Assembly (NCBI GenBank): GCA_050015075.1
Contig: JBEKCB010000020.1
Location: 25,410-89,409, forward strand
From: Candidatus Brocadiia bacterium
GTDB taxonomy: Bacteria; Planctomycetota; Brocadiia; CAIUPP01
Length of the DNA: 64,000 nucleotides
Direction: 5' to 3'
Below, in pieces: positions 25,970 through 34,747 of the stretch. The notes under the pieces were generated by a model that saw only the letters and a list, made by a program, of their open reading frames with translations, did not search any database and was not told the origin of the DNA. The translations under genes and the position numbers were made by a program. Position 1 is the stretch's first letter, and every line of letters starts with the position of its first letter.

Positions 25970-27976
25970 TTACGTGACAACCAGTTCGATGACGGTCGGC
26001 GGGCCCGCGCGCCGGAAGGCGCTGACCGCGCGGACTTCCAGCCGGTTCGCGCCTTGGGTCAACGGCCACTCCAGGCATTCGTCCGTCCGCTCCCACGATT
26101 CGGCCTCCGTTGCAACCGTTGCCGGGCCGCGCTTGACCTCGTAATGGGTGAAGTTCGGCATCGCGTGCTCGAAGCGCACTTCCAATACGCCGGGCCGGCG
26201 CGTCTGCTGGAGGTACGCGCGCACGCGGCCGACCGTCCAACAGAAATCGCTGCGGCGCTGCGTCTGAAGGGAATGCTCCGGGTACTTCGGGTTCGCCGCA
26301 TCCGTCCACCAGAGGAAGCCGTTCCAGTGGTAGTGGTCGGTGCCGTGCGCATGCTCGACCGGGGCCGGTTCGACGAGGTAGTCGTTCCGCAGGCAGAGGG
26401 CGAAGCGGCAGTAGATCTTCATCGAGCTTTCCAGCGGCTTGCAGATGTACTCGCTGGAGCTGAAGACGGGAGTCGGGCCGCTGATGACGTTGGGGAGCCG
26501 CGGCTGCCAGGGCGCCCGCCAGACGCGCTGCGTCAGTCGCTCGCCGCGTCCCAGGCGGACGGCCTCGTGAAGCTCCAGCGCGTTGATGGGCCGGCCGTCG
26601 AGTTCCCAGATGAAATTGTTGTCGCCGGCGGAATCCATGAGGATCCACTTGCCGAGTTCATCCACCCAGACCTCGTTGAGGCAGTGGTGGTCAATGACGA
26701 TGATGCGCGCGTGGAAGCCCAGCGCGCCGGCGCAGGCGGCGTAGAGCGCCGACCAGTGCGTGCACATGCCGAAGCCCCAGTTGTTCTTGACCGTATCGAG
26801 GATCTCGAACGGGTCCCAGGACGGGCAGTACGGGAAATCGCGGCTCTGCCAGCCGAACCACTGTTTCCAGCACCAGTCGCGCAGGAGGCAGAGGCGCTCC
26901 AGGTCGGTCTTGCCGCGCGCGATGACGTCGTCCAGGCGGTATTGCCTGACCAGGCGCTGCGCGCGCGGGTTGGGCGCCATCCACTCGAAGGCGTAGGAGC
27001 TGCGCGCCAGCTCCGGGCGGTCCCAGTGCGCGATCCGGCAATCGGCGGCGGGCTGCGCCACCTTGATCTCCGGCTTGAGCGTGACGCGCGAGACGACCGG
27101 CGTCGCGTCGAGCCGCCGGCTCGAGAGCGTCGCGCGCCATTGCACAAAGCGGCCCGGCCGATCGAGCCGCGCGACCGGGCGCCAGGCGGACCAGCTCTTC
27201 GGGTCGAACGCCGGCGTCGGGCCGCTGCGCATCTCGAAGAGGACGGCCGTCCCGGCCGGCGCGGTGCGGCGCGCCTCCAGTCGGCAGGAGCGGATTTCCA
27301 TCACCGGCGCAATGCGCCCTGCGCCGTCCGGATCGCCCAGGTCCGCCACGGGCGAGGTCAGGCTGGCCGCAACCGGATGGCCCATCGCGCGCAGGCGGAC
27401 GAGGTACTCGCCCGGCTGGTTCCGGTTCGGCCCGGCGGCGTTGAAGTGCCACGTCCGGCCGCCGTTGAAACTGCGGAGGCTGCGGCCGCCGGCGCCGGCG
27501 CCCGCCAGGGTGGATTCCGAGAGATCGCCGCCGGAGAAGGCCGACGCTTTCGCCGGCAGGCCCGAGGCGGACTCCAGGTAAAGCCAGCCGTGCCCGGCGA
27601 AGACCACCTCGTTGCGCCCCGCTTTCAGGAAACGTCCCGGCACGGAGCAGCGGTCCCACCCGCCGGTCAGGAGCCGCGCCACGCGCTGCTGATGCGCGAT
27701 CTTGTGGCCGTTGACGAGGATCGTCCAGAGCGCATCGCTGTCGGCGGGCGGCTGGTTGACGAACCACAGGAGCGTGGCGTCCTTGATTCTTCCGGGCGAC
27801 GGCAAATCGAAAAGGACCTTCGCCCACTGCGCGGGCGTGATGTCGTCCCGCAGCCCGAGCTTCTGGGCCTCTTCATTGTGGAAGAGGACGGTGGGCGCGA
27901 GCCGCGCTTCGCGTCCGCCCTTCGTCAACTCGACGCCGGCGTCGCGCAGGCAGTCTTCGAATCGGCAGCCGATCAT
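25970..27976 (-). CDS. Transglutaminase-like domain protein
   Basis: Cys-His-Asp triad motifs GMCTHWS, HHCLNEVW, KWILMD; GGAG RBS. Confidence 0.8.
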   Translation of the reverse strand: MIGCRFEDCLRDAGVELTKGGREARLAPTVLFHNEEAQKLGLRDDITPAQWAKVLFDLPSPGRIKDATLLWFVNQPPADSDALWTILVNGHKIAHQQRVARLLTGGWDRCSVPGRFLKAGRNEVVFAGHGWLYLESASGLPAKASAFSGGDLSESTLAGAGAGGRSLRSFNGGRTWHFNAAGPNRNQPGEYLVRLRAMGHPVAASLTSPVADLGDPDGAGRIAPVMEIRSCRLEARRTAPAGTAVLFEMRSGPTPAFDPKSWSAWRPVARLDRPGRFVQWRATLSSRRLDATPVVSRVTLKPEIKVAQPAADCRIAHWDRPELARSSYAFEWMAPNPRAQRLVRQYRLDDVIARGKTDLERLCLLRDWCWKQWFGWQSRDFPYCPSWDPFEILDTVKNNWGFGMCTHWSALYAACAGALGFHARIIVIDHHCLNEVWVDELGKWILMDSAGDNNFIWELDGRPINALELHEAVRLGRGERLTQRVWRAPWQPRLPNVISGPTPVFSSSEYICKPLESSMKIYCRFALCLRNDYLVEPAPVEHAHGTDHYHWNGFLWWTDAANPKYPEHSLQTQRRSDFCWTVGRVRAYLQQTRRPGVLEVRFEHAMPNFTHYEVKRGPATVATEAESWERTDECLEWPLTQGANRLEVRAVSAFRRAGPPTVIELVVT

Positions 27977-28017
27977 GATTTCTCTCCGAGGGAATCGGGG
28001 GACGTACGACAGAGCGC

Positions 28018-28046
28018 ACTATATCTGCGGGCGGCGGCGGTGTCAA
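28018..28046 (-). promoter_or_regulatory. Sigma70-type promoter TTGACA-N17-TATAGT
   Basis: Minus strand TTGACAccgccgccgcccgcagaTATAGT; spacer resembles that of elements A-C. Confidence 0.7.
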
Positions 28047-28068
28047 GAAAATCGAGAACAGGGCGCGA

Positions 28069-30003
28069 CTACGACGCCGGGAAGGAGATGCTCTTGACGA
28101 CGCGGCGCGAGAGTTTGAGTTCGCCGAGGTCCGGGCTCTTGCCGATGACGAACTCGTCGGTGATCGCCTCCACGTCAAGCGCAAAACGGCTGCCGCTGGT
28201 CTCCACGAAGGCGGCGGCGGTTTCGGCGGCGGGCGGCTTCTCGGCCTTGGCCGGGAATGTGATGGCGACGACGCGGTCGGGGCTGACCTTCATCGGGCCG
28301 AATTCCGTCGTGTAGACGAAGCTGCCGTCCGCGAACTCGACCTGGCCGGCGCGCACGATGTCGCCGTTCGTGAGGTAGCTGAGAATCTCGCCGGGCTTCG
28401 GGCCGGCCATCGGGTGCTCCGGCGCGGGCAAGCCGCAGTACACGGACAGGCGGTGGAGGTCCAGCGGCCGCGTCGCGCCGAAGATGACGTATTCTCCCGT
28501 CCTGGGGCCTTGGGGCGTGGTGATTTCGGCGACCTGCTTGCCGTTGTACCATGCTCCGGCGTAGCCGTCCGACGGGTCGTACGTCACCTTGATCCGAACG
28601 CGCTCCTTGGCCGCCGCCTGCGTCAAGCGCTGGCGCGGCCTGGGCGGAGACCACGCCTGCCCGTCGTTGTACACGACGAACATGGCCGACGGAATGATAT
28701 GGAGCATGATGCCGTTCTGAATCTCCATCTGCGGATGCGCGCGGTCGGCGAAAAGCTGGATGTGGAGCGGTGTGAAGGGCGGCGCCGAGTCGTAGTCGGC
28801 GATGAGCGTCACGGGCTTGTCCTGGTGCAGCGGCAGCGAGAGGATCGCCTGGTATTGGCCGCCGGGCGTCCCGCCGGAAAGGTGCAGGAGGCCGTTGCTG
28901 AAATTGCAGCTTCCCGCGAGCAGTTCCCAGGGCTTGAGGACGCCGGTCTCGAAACGGCTGTCGAGCCAGAAGCCGCTCAAGGAGATGTTCGACAGGAGCC
29001 CGCGCGGGATGGAGACGCGCCCGAGCGACGGAGATTCGATCTCGAGCGTCTCGGCGGAGAGCGAGACGATCTTGCCGCTGATCTGGTCGCCGTTGTTCAG
29101 GAAGAACCGCGAGGGAGCGGCGTCCACCTCCGTCCACGCCAGGTCCAGCCGCTGCACCTCGTCGGCGCCGAAGCTGACGTCTTCGGCGAACGTGGGCGAG
29201 GAGAACCGGATTTTTCCGTCGGCGAGGCTGAGGAGGTTGCCGTTGATCAGGTCGTCGTTGCGCAGGCAGACCGCGTCGCCGCCCAGGACCGGCGGCGCCT
29301 TCGGAGCGGGGCCGCAGAGCTTGAACAGGCCGAAGTCGGCCGATTTGCGAAGGTCGCGGTGCACCGGGTTCCAGGCCATGTCTTTCACGGGGGCGCCGGG
29401 ACGAACGCGGCAGATGTTGCCGGCGTACGTGATTCCTTCCTTGAGCGGAAACGCGATGCTCGGCAGCGGAATGGCCGCCTCGATCACCCACTCGGCGCCG
29501 TGCACCCGCACGGCGGAGTCGAAGCCGGCCTGCTGCAGGCGCAGCCAGCGGTCCCCCGGCGCATTCTCCGACCGGCCCTCCTCGATCCATTGGCCCACGC
29601 GGCCGCCCGCGGGGTTCAGGAAGATCTGGAGGAAGGCGGCGGGCTTGTCGGACGACGCGAGCAGGATCTCGATGTGGTCGTCATTGACGATCCGCGGATC
29701 GTGCCCGGTGATTTCGGCATGGATCGCCTGGGGCCTGGGTTCCTTGCAGCGGACCGCCACGTAAAGGAACCTCTCGTCCCAGGCCATGGCGAACTGCGTC
29801 TGCACGTCCGCCGCGGCTCCCTGGGGCCCGGTGAAATCGCCGCTCCAGGGCGTCGCGCGCCAGATGTCGTCGCGCACGTCGCCGTCAATGAACGGCGGAT
29901 GGTCCGTCTGAAAAACCTGGTACTCGCGCGGCGCCGCCAGGGCGGTGGCGCCGAGGAGGCATGCGGCGGCCAGGAGGATTCCATTCAGGCGCGGCTTCGA
30001 CAT
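28069..30003 (-). CDS. Secreted CBM9-like domain protein, paralog of 9805-11802
   Basis: Signal peptide; PPFIDGDVRDDIW, QTQFAMAWD, DDHIEILL, repeated NGD modules, same domain order as the paralog. Confidence 0.78.
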   Translation of the reverse strand: MSKPRLNGILLAAACLLGATALAAPREYQVFQTDHPPFIDGDVRDDIWRATPWSGDFTGPQGAAADVQTQFAMAWDERFLYVAVRCKEPRPQAIHAEITGHDPRIVNDDHIEILLASSDKPAAFLQIFLNPAGGRVGQWIEEGRSENAPGDRWLRLQQAGFDSAVRVHGAEWVIEAAIPLPSIAFPLKEGITYAGNICRVRPGAPVKDMAWNPVHRDLRKSADFGLFKLCGPAPKAPPVLGGDAVCLRNDDLINGNLLSLADGKIRFSSPTFAEDVSFGADEVQRLDLAWTEVDAAPSRFFLNNGDQISGKIVSLSAETLEIESPSLGRVSIPRGLLSNISLSGFWLDSRFETGVLKPWELLAGSCNFSNGLLHLSGGTPGGQYQAILSLPLHQDKPVTLIADYDSAPPFTPLHIQLFADRAHPQMEIQNGIMLHIIPSAMFVVYNDGQAWSPPRPRQRLTQAAAKERVRIKVTYDPSDGYAGAWYNGKQVAEITTPQGPRTGEYVIFGATRPLDLHRLSVYCGLPAPEHPMAGPKPGEILSYLTNGDIVRAGQVEFADGSFVYTTEFGPMKVSPDRVVAITFPAKAEKPPAAETAAAFVETSGSRFALDVEAITDEFVIGKSPDLGELKLSRRVVKSISFPAS

Positions 30004-30188
30004 AGTTTTCCGTCCCTTTTTGCGACCGGATTGCCCATCATATCATAAGGCGCGCGCGAATTGAACCGGGCGGTCCGCTCTTCATCGCGCGGCGCGCTGA
30101 CATTTGGACAGGAGACTTCGGCGAGTGTGGAGCTTTGCGGCGGATGGCGATCAGCGGGGAACGGACGATCTGCGCGCCGGCGGACGAT

Positions 30189-31094
30189 TCATTTCACCTC
30201 GGTCGCCCGCACGGTCAGGCTTTGGTCGTTCGCGATCTCAAGGACAAATTCGCCCGCGCCCGGATTGGGCTTTCCCCGGGCGATCAATTTTATGGCCATG
30301 TCCATCGAGCCTTCCGCGGGCAGACTGAGGGATGTTGCAACCGGAAGCTTGTTGCTGAAGTCGGCCTTCAACGCGCTCTTCTCAACGGTAAACCCCGGCG
30401 GAAGCGGCGGTTCGAACTTGTCGCAGGTGAAAGCGCAAGTCAACTGCAGGCATTCCGTTTTGCCGACGCGGACGACTTTGTCGAGGGTGACGGTTGATTT
30501 GAAGTCTTCCTTTTTCGCCAGGATCCCGTAGCGAATGATATCCTTCGCCATCAGTTCGGAGTTGCCTTCCCAGCGGTCGCCCACCTTCTTCCGTTCTTTC
30601 GAGCCGAAGACCTCGTCGTCCGTCGGCCCGTTCGGGTTCTCGGAGACCAGGTTCAGCAGCCTCAGCGACTCTTCGGTGTCCGGGTCCAGGCCGCCGGCCA
30701 TATCGAATGCCTGCCCTTTTCCGTCCCACGCGACGGTGACGACGCTGCCCTTGGGCAATAATTCTCTCCGGGCATCGCCTTCGATTCGAGTCAGTTTTTC
30801 CACTTCGACCTTGACCCGGGTGTTCGCGCCTTTCTCGCTCACGGCAAGAATGGTCGCCACCAGTTCGGCTTCGACCGTAAATTTGCTGTTCTTGTCCTGG
30901 ATAACCTTGTCGTCCTGTTTGACGACTTGCGAGGTGGACTCTTTGCCGACCATCGCCAGGCGGCACTTGGACCCGATGGGATCCGGGCGGTCCAGACGGA
31001 TTTCATAATCCTGGGCGAACAGGGCCGAACAGGGCGCCAAAGCCAGCGCCAGGATTGCTGCGGTGGATTTAAGGCTGCTGCGCGGGCGCTTCAT
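30189..31094 (-). CDS. Secreted hypothetical protein
   Basis: GGAGG RBS, signal peptide ending LFA-Q, beta-rich body. Confidence 0.75.
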   Translation of the reverse strand: MKRPRSSLKSTAAILALALAPCSALFAQDYEIRLDRPDPIGSKCRLAMVGKESTSQVVKQDDKVIQDKNSKFTVEAELVATILAVSEKGANTRVKVEVEKLTRIEGDARRELLPKGSVVTVAWDGKGQAFDMAGGLDPDTEESLRLLNLVSENPNGPTDDEVFGSKERKKVGDRWEGNSELMAKDIIRYGILAKKEDFKSTVTLDKVVRVGKTECLQLTCAFTCDKFEPPLPPGFTVEKSALKADFSNKLPVATSLSLPAEGSMDMAIKLIARGKPNPGAGEFVLEIANDQSLTVRATEVK

Positions 31095-31133
31095 GATTTC
31101 GTCTCCTCCAGAAGTCGGCACTTCACGCGGTTC

Positions 31134-31997
31134 TCACTCCTTGAGCGGCGGAGCGGGGCGGAGGGCCTGTTTCTGCTCGTACATCAGGTGGTCGGCGCGC
31201 GCGACGAGGTCGGCGATGGAGCATTCCTGGCCGGGCTCGGATCGCGCCATGCCGATGCAGACGGAGATCTGGTACGTGCGGCCGGGCTGCGCGTTCACGG
31301 CGGTGAGCTTTTCCTGCAGGCGCGCGATCATCCGGTTCGCGGTGTTCGGGCCGATCTCGAGGGCGAGGACGACGAACTCGTCACCGCCGACGCGGGCGAT
31401 GAGGTCGGACTCGCGGAAGGTCGCCTTGAGGAGCCGGGCGGTCTCGATCAGCGCCTGGTCGCCCACATTATGGCCGAGCGTGTCGTTGATCCGCTTGAAG
31501 CCGTTCAGGTCCAGGAACAGGCAGCAGAGGCCTTCCCGGAGGCGCCTGGCCAGCCTGAGATAGTCTTCGGCAACCGCATGGAACCCGCGGCGATTGAGGA
31601 TGTCGGTCAGCTCATCCACGGTGGCCAGTTCGCGCAGGGCGTTCTCGAGCAGCAACTGCCGCGCGATATTCTTGATCATCGGGCGGTACAGGCCGGCGTA
31701 CATCACCGGCATGATCAAGACCACCAGCGAGATGCCCGTCAGAAGCGCCTCGGCATAGGGACTGCGAATATTGCGGATGCCGGTCAGGCGCAACGCCAGG
31801 CAGACGAAGAATTGCGAGATGAATACGGCGACGATGCTGGTGAGGAAAAGGCGGAACGGCGTGACCTGTTTCTCGAAGATTTTCGGCAGCGCGCCGCGCG
31901 TGAGGTCCATCGGCTCATGACGCCGCCCCGGCGTTCGCGCGCCGGGCTTGCGTTCCGCGAGCCCCTCGTCATTCTTCTCCGAAGGTTCCGGCGGCAT
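31134..31997 (-). CDS. Membrane-bound diguanylate cyclase (GGDEF)
   Basis: Two TM helices, DELT..LNRR, DLNGFKRINDTLGH..GD, RESD I-site, GGDEF. Confidence 0.93.
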   Translation of the reverse strand: MPPEPSEKNDEGLAERKPGARTPGRRHEPMDLTRGALPKIFEKQVTPFRLFLTSIVAVFISQFFVCLALRLTGIRNIRSPYAEALLTGISLVVLIMPVMYAGLYRPMIKNIARQLLLENALRELATVDELTDILNRRGFHAVAEDYLRLARRLREGLCCLFLDLNGFKRINDTLGHNVGDQALIETARLLKATFRESDLIARVGGDEFVVLALEIGPNTANRMIARLQEKLTAVNAQPGRTYQISVCIGMARSEPGQECSIADLVARADHLMYEQKQALRPAPPLKE

Positions 31998-32132
31998 GCC
32001 GATCTCCTGCTGCTCCTCTCATTCCCGGCCGATGCGCGCAGGCGGCGGGAATCGCGCCCATCAACAGCGAAAATAACATAACAGGATCGGGCTCAAAAAG
32101 GAAGCCATCCGCCGCGAGGCGTGTTGATCCTG

Positions 32133-33038
32133 CTAAAGTTGCCGCAGCCGGGCGATCGCGTCCTGCCGGACCTCGGGCGTGCCGCCGCGCTGCGTGGCGA
32201 CGTACGCGCCCCAGAGGTTCGCCTCGCGGCCGATTTCCGCCGGCGGCAGCCGCTTGAGGCAGGAGATCATCAGCGACGCAGTGAAGGCGTCGCCCGATCC
32301 GACGGTGTCCGCCACGGTCACTTTCAACCCGGGCGCGTGGACTTCCTCGCCGCCGCGATAGAGCGTGCAGCCGTCGGCGCCGCGCGTGACGGCCATCAAC
32401 TCGATGCCGTAACGCTCCATGAAGCCGCGGATTCCGCCGGCGAAATCGGACGCGAAGAGGTCCTTGAGGACTTCCAGCTCCGCCTCGTTGAGCTTGACCA
32501 CCTGCGCGCGTTTGAATCCGCCGGCGAGGGTTTCGCGGCTGAAGAAATTCTGGCGCAGGTTGACGTCAAAGACCTTCAGCGCCTTCTTCGCCTGGTCAAT
32601 CATGCGCAGGATTCCGGCGCGGCCGGCGGGATTGCGCTGGGCCAGCGACCCGAAGCAGACCGCGTCGCAGCGCGAGAGCGGCTCGGCGAGATTCTCCTCC
32701 CACGCCAGGAAATCGTACGCCGCGTTCTCGACGATCGTGTAGCTCGGTTCGCCCCGGGCTGAGACGGCCACGCGGACGATGCCGGTCGGATGGACCGGGT
32801 CCACCTGGACGCAGGAAGTATCGAGCCGTTTATCCTTCATCACTTGCAGGATCGCCTGGCCGTCGGGATCGTCTCCCACGCGGCTGATCGGCAGCGCCCG
32901 CGCGCCCATGCACTGGGCCATGTAGCCGCAGTTCAGCGGCGCGCCGCCGAGCACCTTGCGGTCCGGGAAGCAGTCCCAGAGAATCTCGCCGATGCAGGCG
33001 ACCAGCGGCAGGGCCGGCCCGGGTTGAGCGGATTTCAT
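32133..33038 (-). CDS. PfkB family carbohydrate kinase (fructokinase-like)
   Basis: GEILWD, GGAPLN, FDVNLR, DTVGSGDAF. Confidence 0.93.
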   Translation of the reverse strand: MKSAQPGPALPLVACIGEILWDCFPDRKVLGGAPLNCGYMAQCMGARALPISRVGDDPDGQAILQVMKDKRLDTSCVQVDPVHPTGIVRVAVSARGEPSYTIVENAAYDFLAWEENLAEPLSRCDAVCFGSLAQRNPAGRAGILRMIDQAKKALKVFDVNLRQNFFSRETLAGGFKRAQVVKLNEAELEVLKDLFASDFAGGIRGFMERYGIELMAVTRGADGCTLYRGGEEVHAPGLKVTVADTVGSGDAFTASLMISCLKRLPPAEIGREANLWGAYVATQRGGTPEVRQDAIARLRQL

Positions 33039-33206
33039 GGCGTCGTCTCATAGCGCTGCGCGGCTGGAAGCGATCGCAGATATTTTACATCGCCGTGAAA
33101 CTTCTGCAAGCGGGAAGGGCGGCGATTTGGACGCTCACACGATTCTGCGATATAATCCGCGTGGACATGCCGCCAAAAAGTCGCCCTGTAAATTGAAACG
33201 GAAAAC

Positions 33207-34247
33207 ATGACATCGCGCGAGCGCACGCTGGCCGCTTGCGCCTTCCGGCGGCCGGACCGCATCCCGCGGTTCGACAACTTCCAGGAGTATACGAAGGAGT
33301 GGGAGTCGCGGTTCGGGCCGGCGGTATCTCTGGTGGACATGGAGATCATCGTCCCGGACGAAACGCCGTTCCCCAGCCGCGCCCGGCGGACCAGGGAAGA
33401 AGCCGGCTGGATTTACGAGGTGGACGGCTGGGGCCGGACCCTCCGCCGCAGGCCGGATGCGTTCTTCGTCGAGGTGCTCCGAACGCCGATCCCCGCGGGC
33501 GCTGACCCGGATTCCGTCCGGTTCGACTCTCCCGGTCTCGACGCCCGTTACGCCGTGAAGAGCCTGGAGGAGATCGGGCGGCTCAAGCGGCAGCGCGCCC
33601 TGTTCGCTAAGACGGGCGGCCCTTTTCTGCGCACCAGTTTCGTGCGCGGCGAGACGCAGTTCCTGCTCGACATCGCCGGCGATCCGCCGCTGGCCGCTGC
33701 GCTGGCCGGCAAGGTCGCCGATCACCTCGCCGCCGTCGGAGTCGAGGCGGTCACGCGCTACGGCCTGCAGGAAACCGGGGTCTGGATTTACGACGACATG
33801 GGGTATAACGACGGTCCGATGTTCAGCCCGAAGTCATTCGAGCGCGTTTTGCTGCCGGCATACCGGCGGATGATCGCCGCGTACAAGCGCGCCGGTGCGC
33901 GGTACGTTTTCCTGCACTCCGACGGCGACATCCGTCCGCTGCTGGACATGCTCGTGGACGCCGGAATTGACGGGCTGAACCCGCTGGAGCGCCGCGCGAA
34001 CATGGACCCGGCGGAAATCCGCAAGCGTTACCCTCGGCTCATCCTGGCCGGCGGCATGGACAACTCCGACGCGCTCATTCGCGGCCCCGTCGAGCGCATC
34101 CGGGCGCAGGCGCGCGAGCTGATTGATCTCGGCCGCGACGGCGGCCTGGTCATCGGCGCGCACTCCATCAGCCCCGAGGTCCCCATCGAGCACTTCGCCG
34201 CATACCACGAGACCTGCCTGAAGTACGGCGACTTCGCGGCGCGCTGA
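33207..34247 (+). CDS. Uroporphyrinogen decarboxylase (URO-D/MtaA-like) family protein
   Basis: MTSRER...PDRIP, DDMG...MFSP, FLHSDG, GIDGLNPLE, GGLVIG.HSI. Confidence 0.88.
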   Translation: MTSRERTLAACAFRRPDRIPRFDNFQEYTKEWESRFGPAVSLVDMEIIVPDETPFPSRARRTREEAGWIYEVDGWGRTLRRRPDAFFVEVLRTPIPAGADPDSVRFDSPGLDARYAVKSLEEIGRLKRQRALFAKTGGPFLRTSFVRGETQFLLDIAGDPPLAAALAGKVADHLAAVGVEAVTRYGLQETGVWIYDDMGYNDGPMFSPKSFERVLLPAYRRMIAAYKRAGARYVFLHSDGDIRPLLDMLVDAGIDGLNPLERRANMDPAEIRKRYPRLILAGGMDNSDALIRGPVERIRAQARELIDLGRDGGLVIGAHSISPEVPIEHFAAYHETCLKYGDFAAR

Positions 34248-34368
34248 GGCCCGGCGGACGAGGGAACGAATTATCCTGTTATTTGCGCGCCCCTCAAGTG
34301 CGCCTAACTTTGCGGCGTTATTCTTCCATATAGGTTGTGGGGAACCTGAAAACCCTTTGGAAGAAGCC

Positions 34369-34659
34369 ATGACCGAACAGGACGTCATCAACGCCTTCCT
34401 GGCTGGAATGAAAGCGGAGGCTGCTCCGCTCCGGTCCGACGGCGTGCGGCTGTACGTGGGTGGGGACTTCATCGCCGAATGGTGCGCGCAGCGGCTGGTC
34501 ATCGAGCCGCGCCGGCAGGACGCCGCGTCGGAGCGCTGCAAGGACCTGCTCACGCACTCCATTCTGTTGCGCATGAGCCTGCACCACGAAGTGCGCCGTC
34601 TCCTGCGCCGGAACAGCCGCGACCTGTGCGCCGCGCTGCCGCGAGGCCATCGCTTGTAG
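34369..34659 (+). CDS. Hypothetical protein
   Basis: ORF with typical codon usage filling the gap between genes; no recognisable motif. Confidence 0.6.
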   Translation: MTEQDVINAFLAGMKAEAAPLRSDGVRLYVGGDFIAEWCAQRLVIEPRRQDAASERCKDLLTHSILLRMSLHHEVRRLLRRNSRDLCAALPRGHRL

Positions 34660-34708
34660 CGGCGCCGTCAGGCGCTGCTTCGCATGCCTTGGCGGGCACA
34701 CTGCGAGC
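34651..34708. repeat. REP-like doublet, inverted copy of 5389-5446
   Basis: CGCTTGTAGCGGCGCCGTCAGGCGCT...ATGCCTTGGCGGGCACACTGCGAGC; supplies the TAG stop of the upstream ORF. Confidence 0.75.
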
Positions 34709-34711
34709 GGC

Positions 34712-34740
34712 TTGACGGGAGCGGCCTGCGCCGTCAGAAT
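34712..34740 (+). promoter_or_regulatory. Promoter TTGACG-N17-CAGAAT, 7 nt before ATG (leaderless geometry)
   Basis: No Shine-Dalgarno; same geometry at 37033-37061. Confidence 0.6.
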
Positions 34741-34747
34741 ATCGCGC

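Noticed and set aside
25953-26648. N-terminal extension of the FkbM ORF to 487 aa
   Set aside because: Overlaps the transglutaminase gene out of frame; a good RBS and ATG exist at 25952
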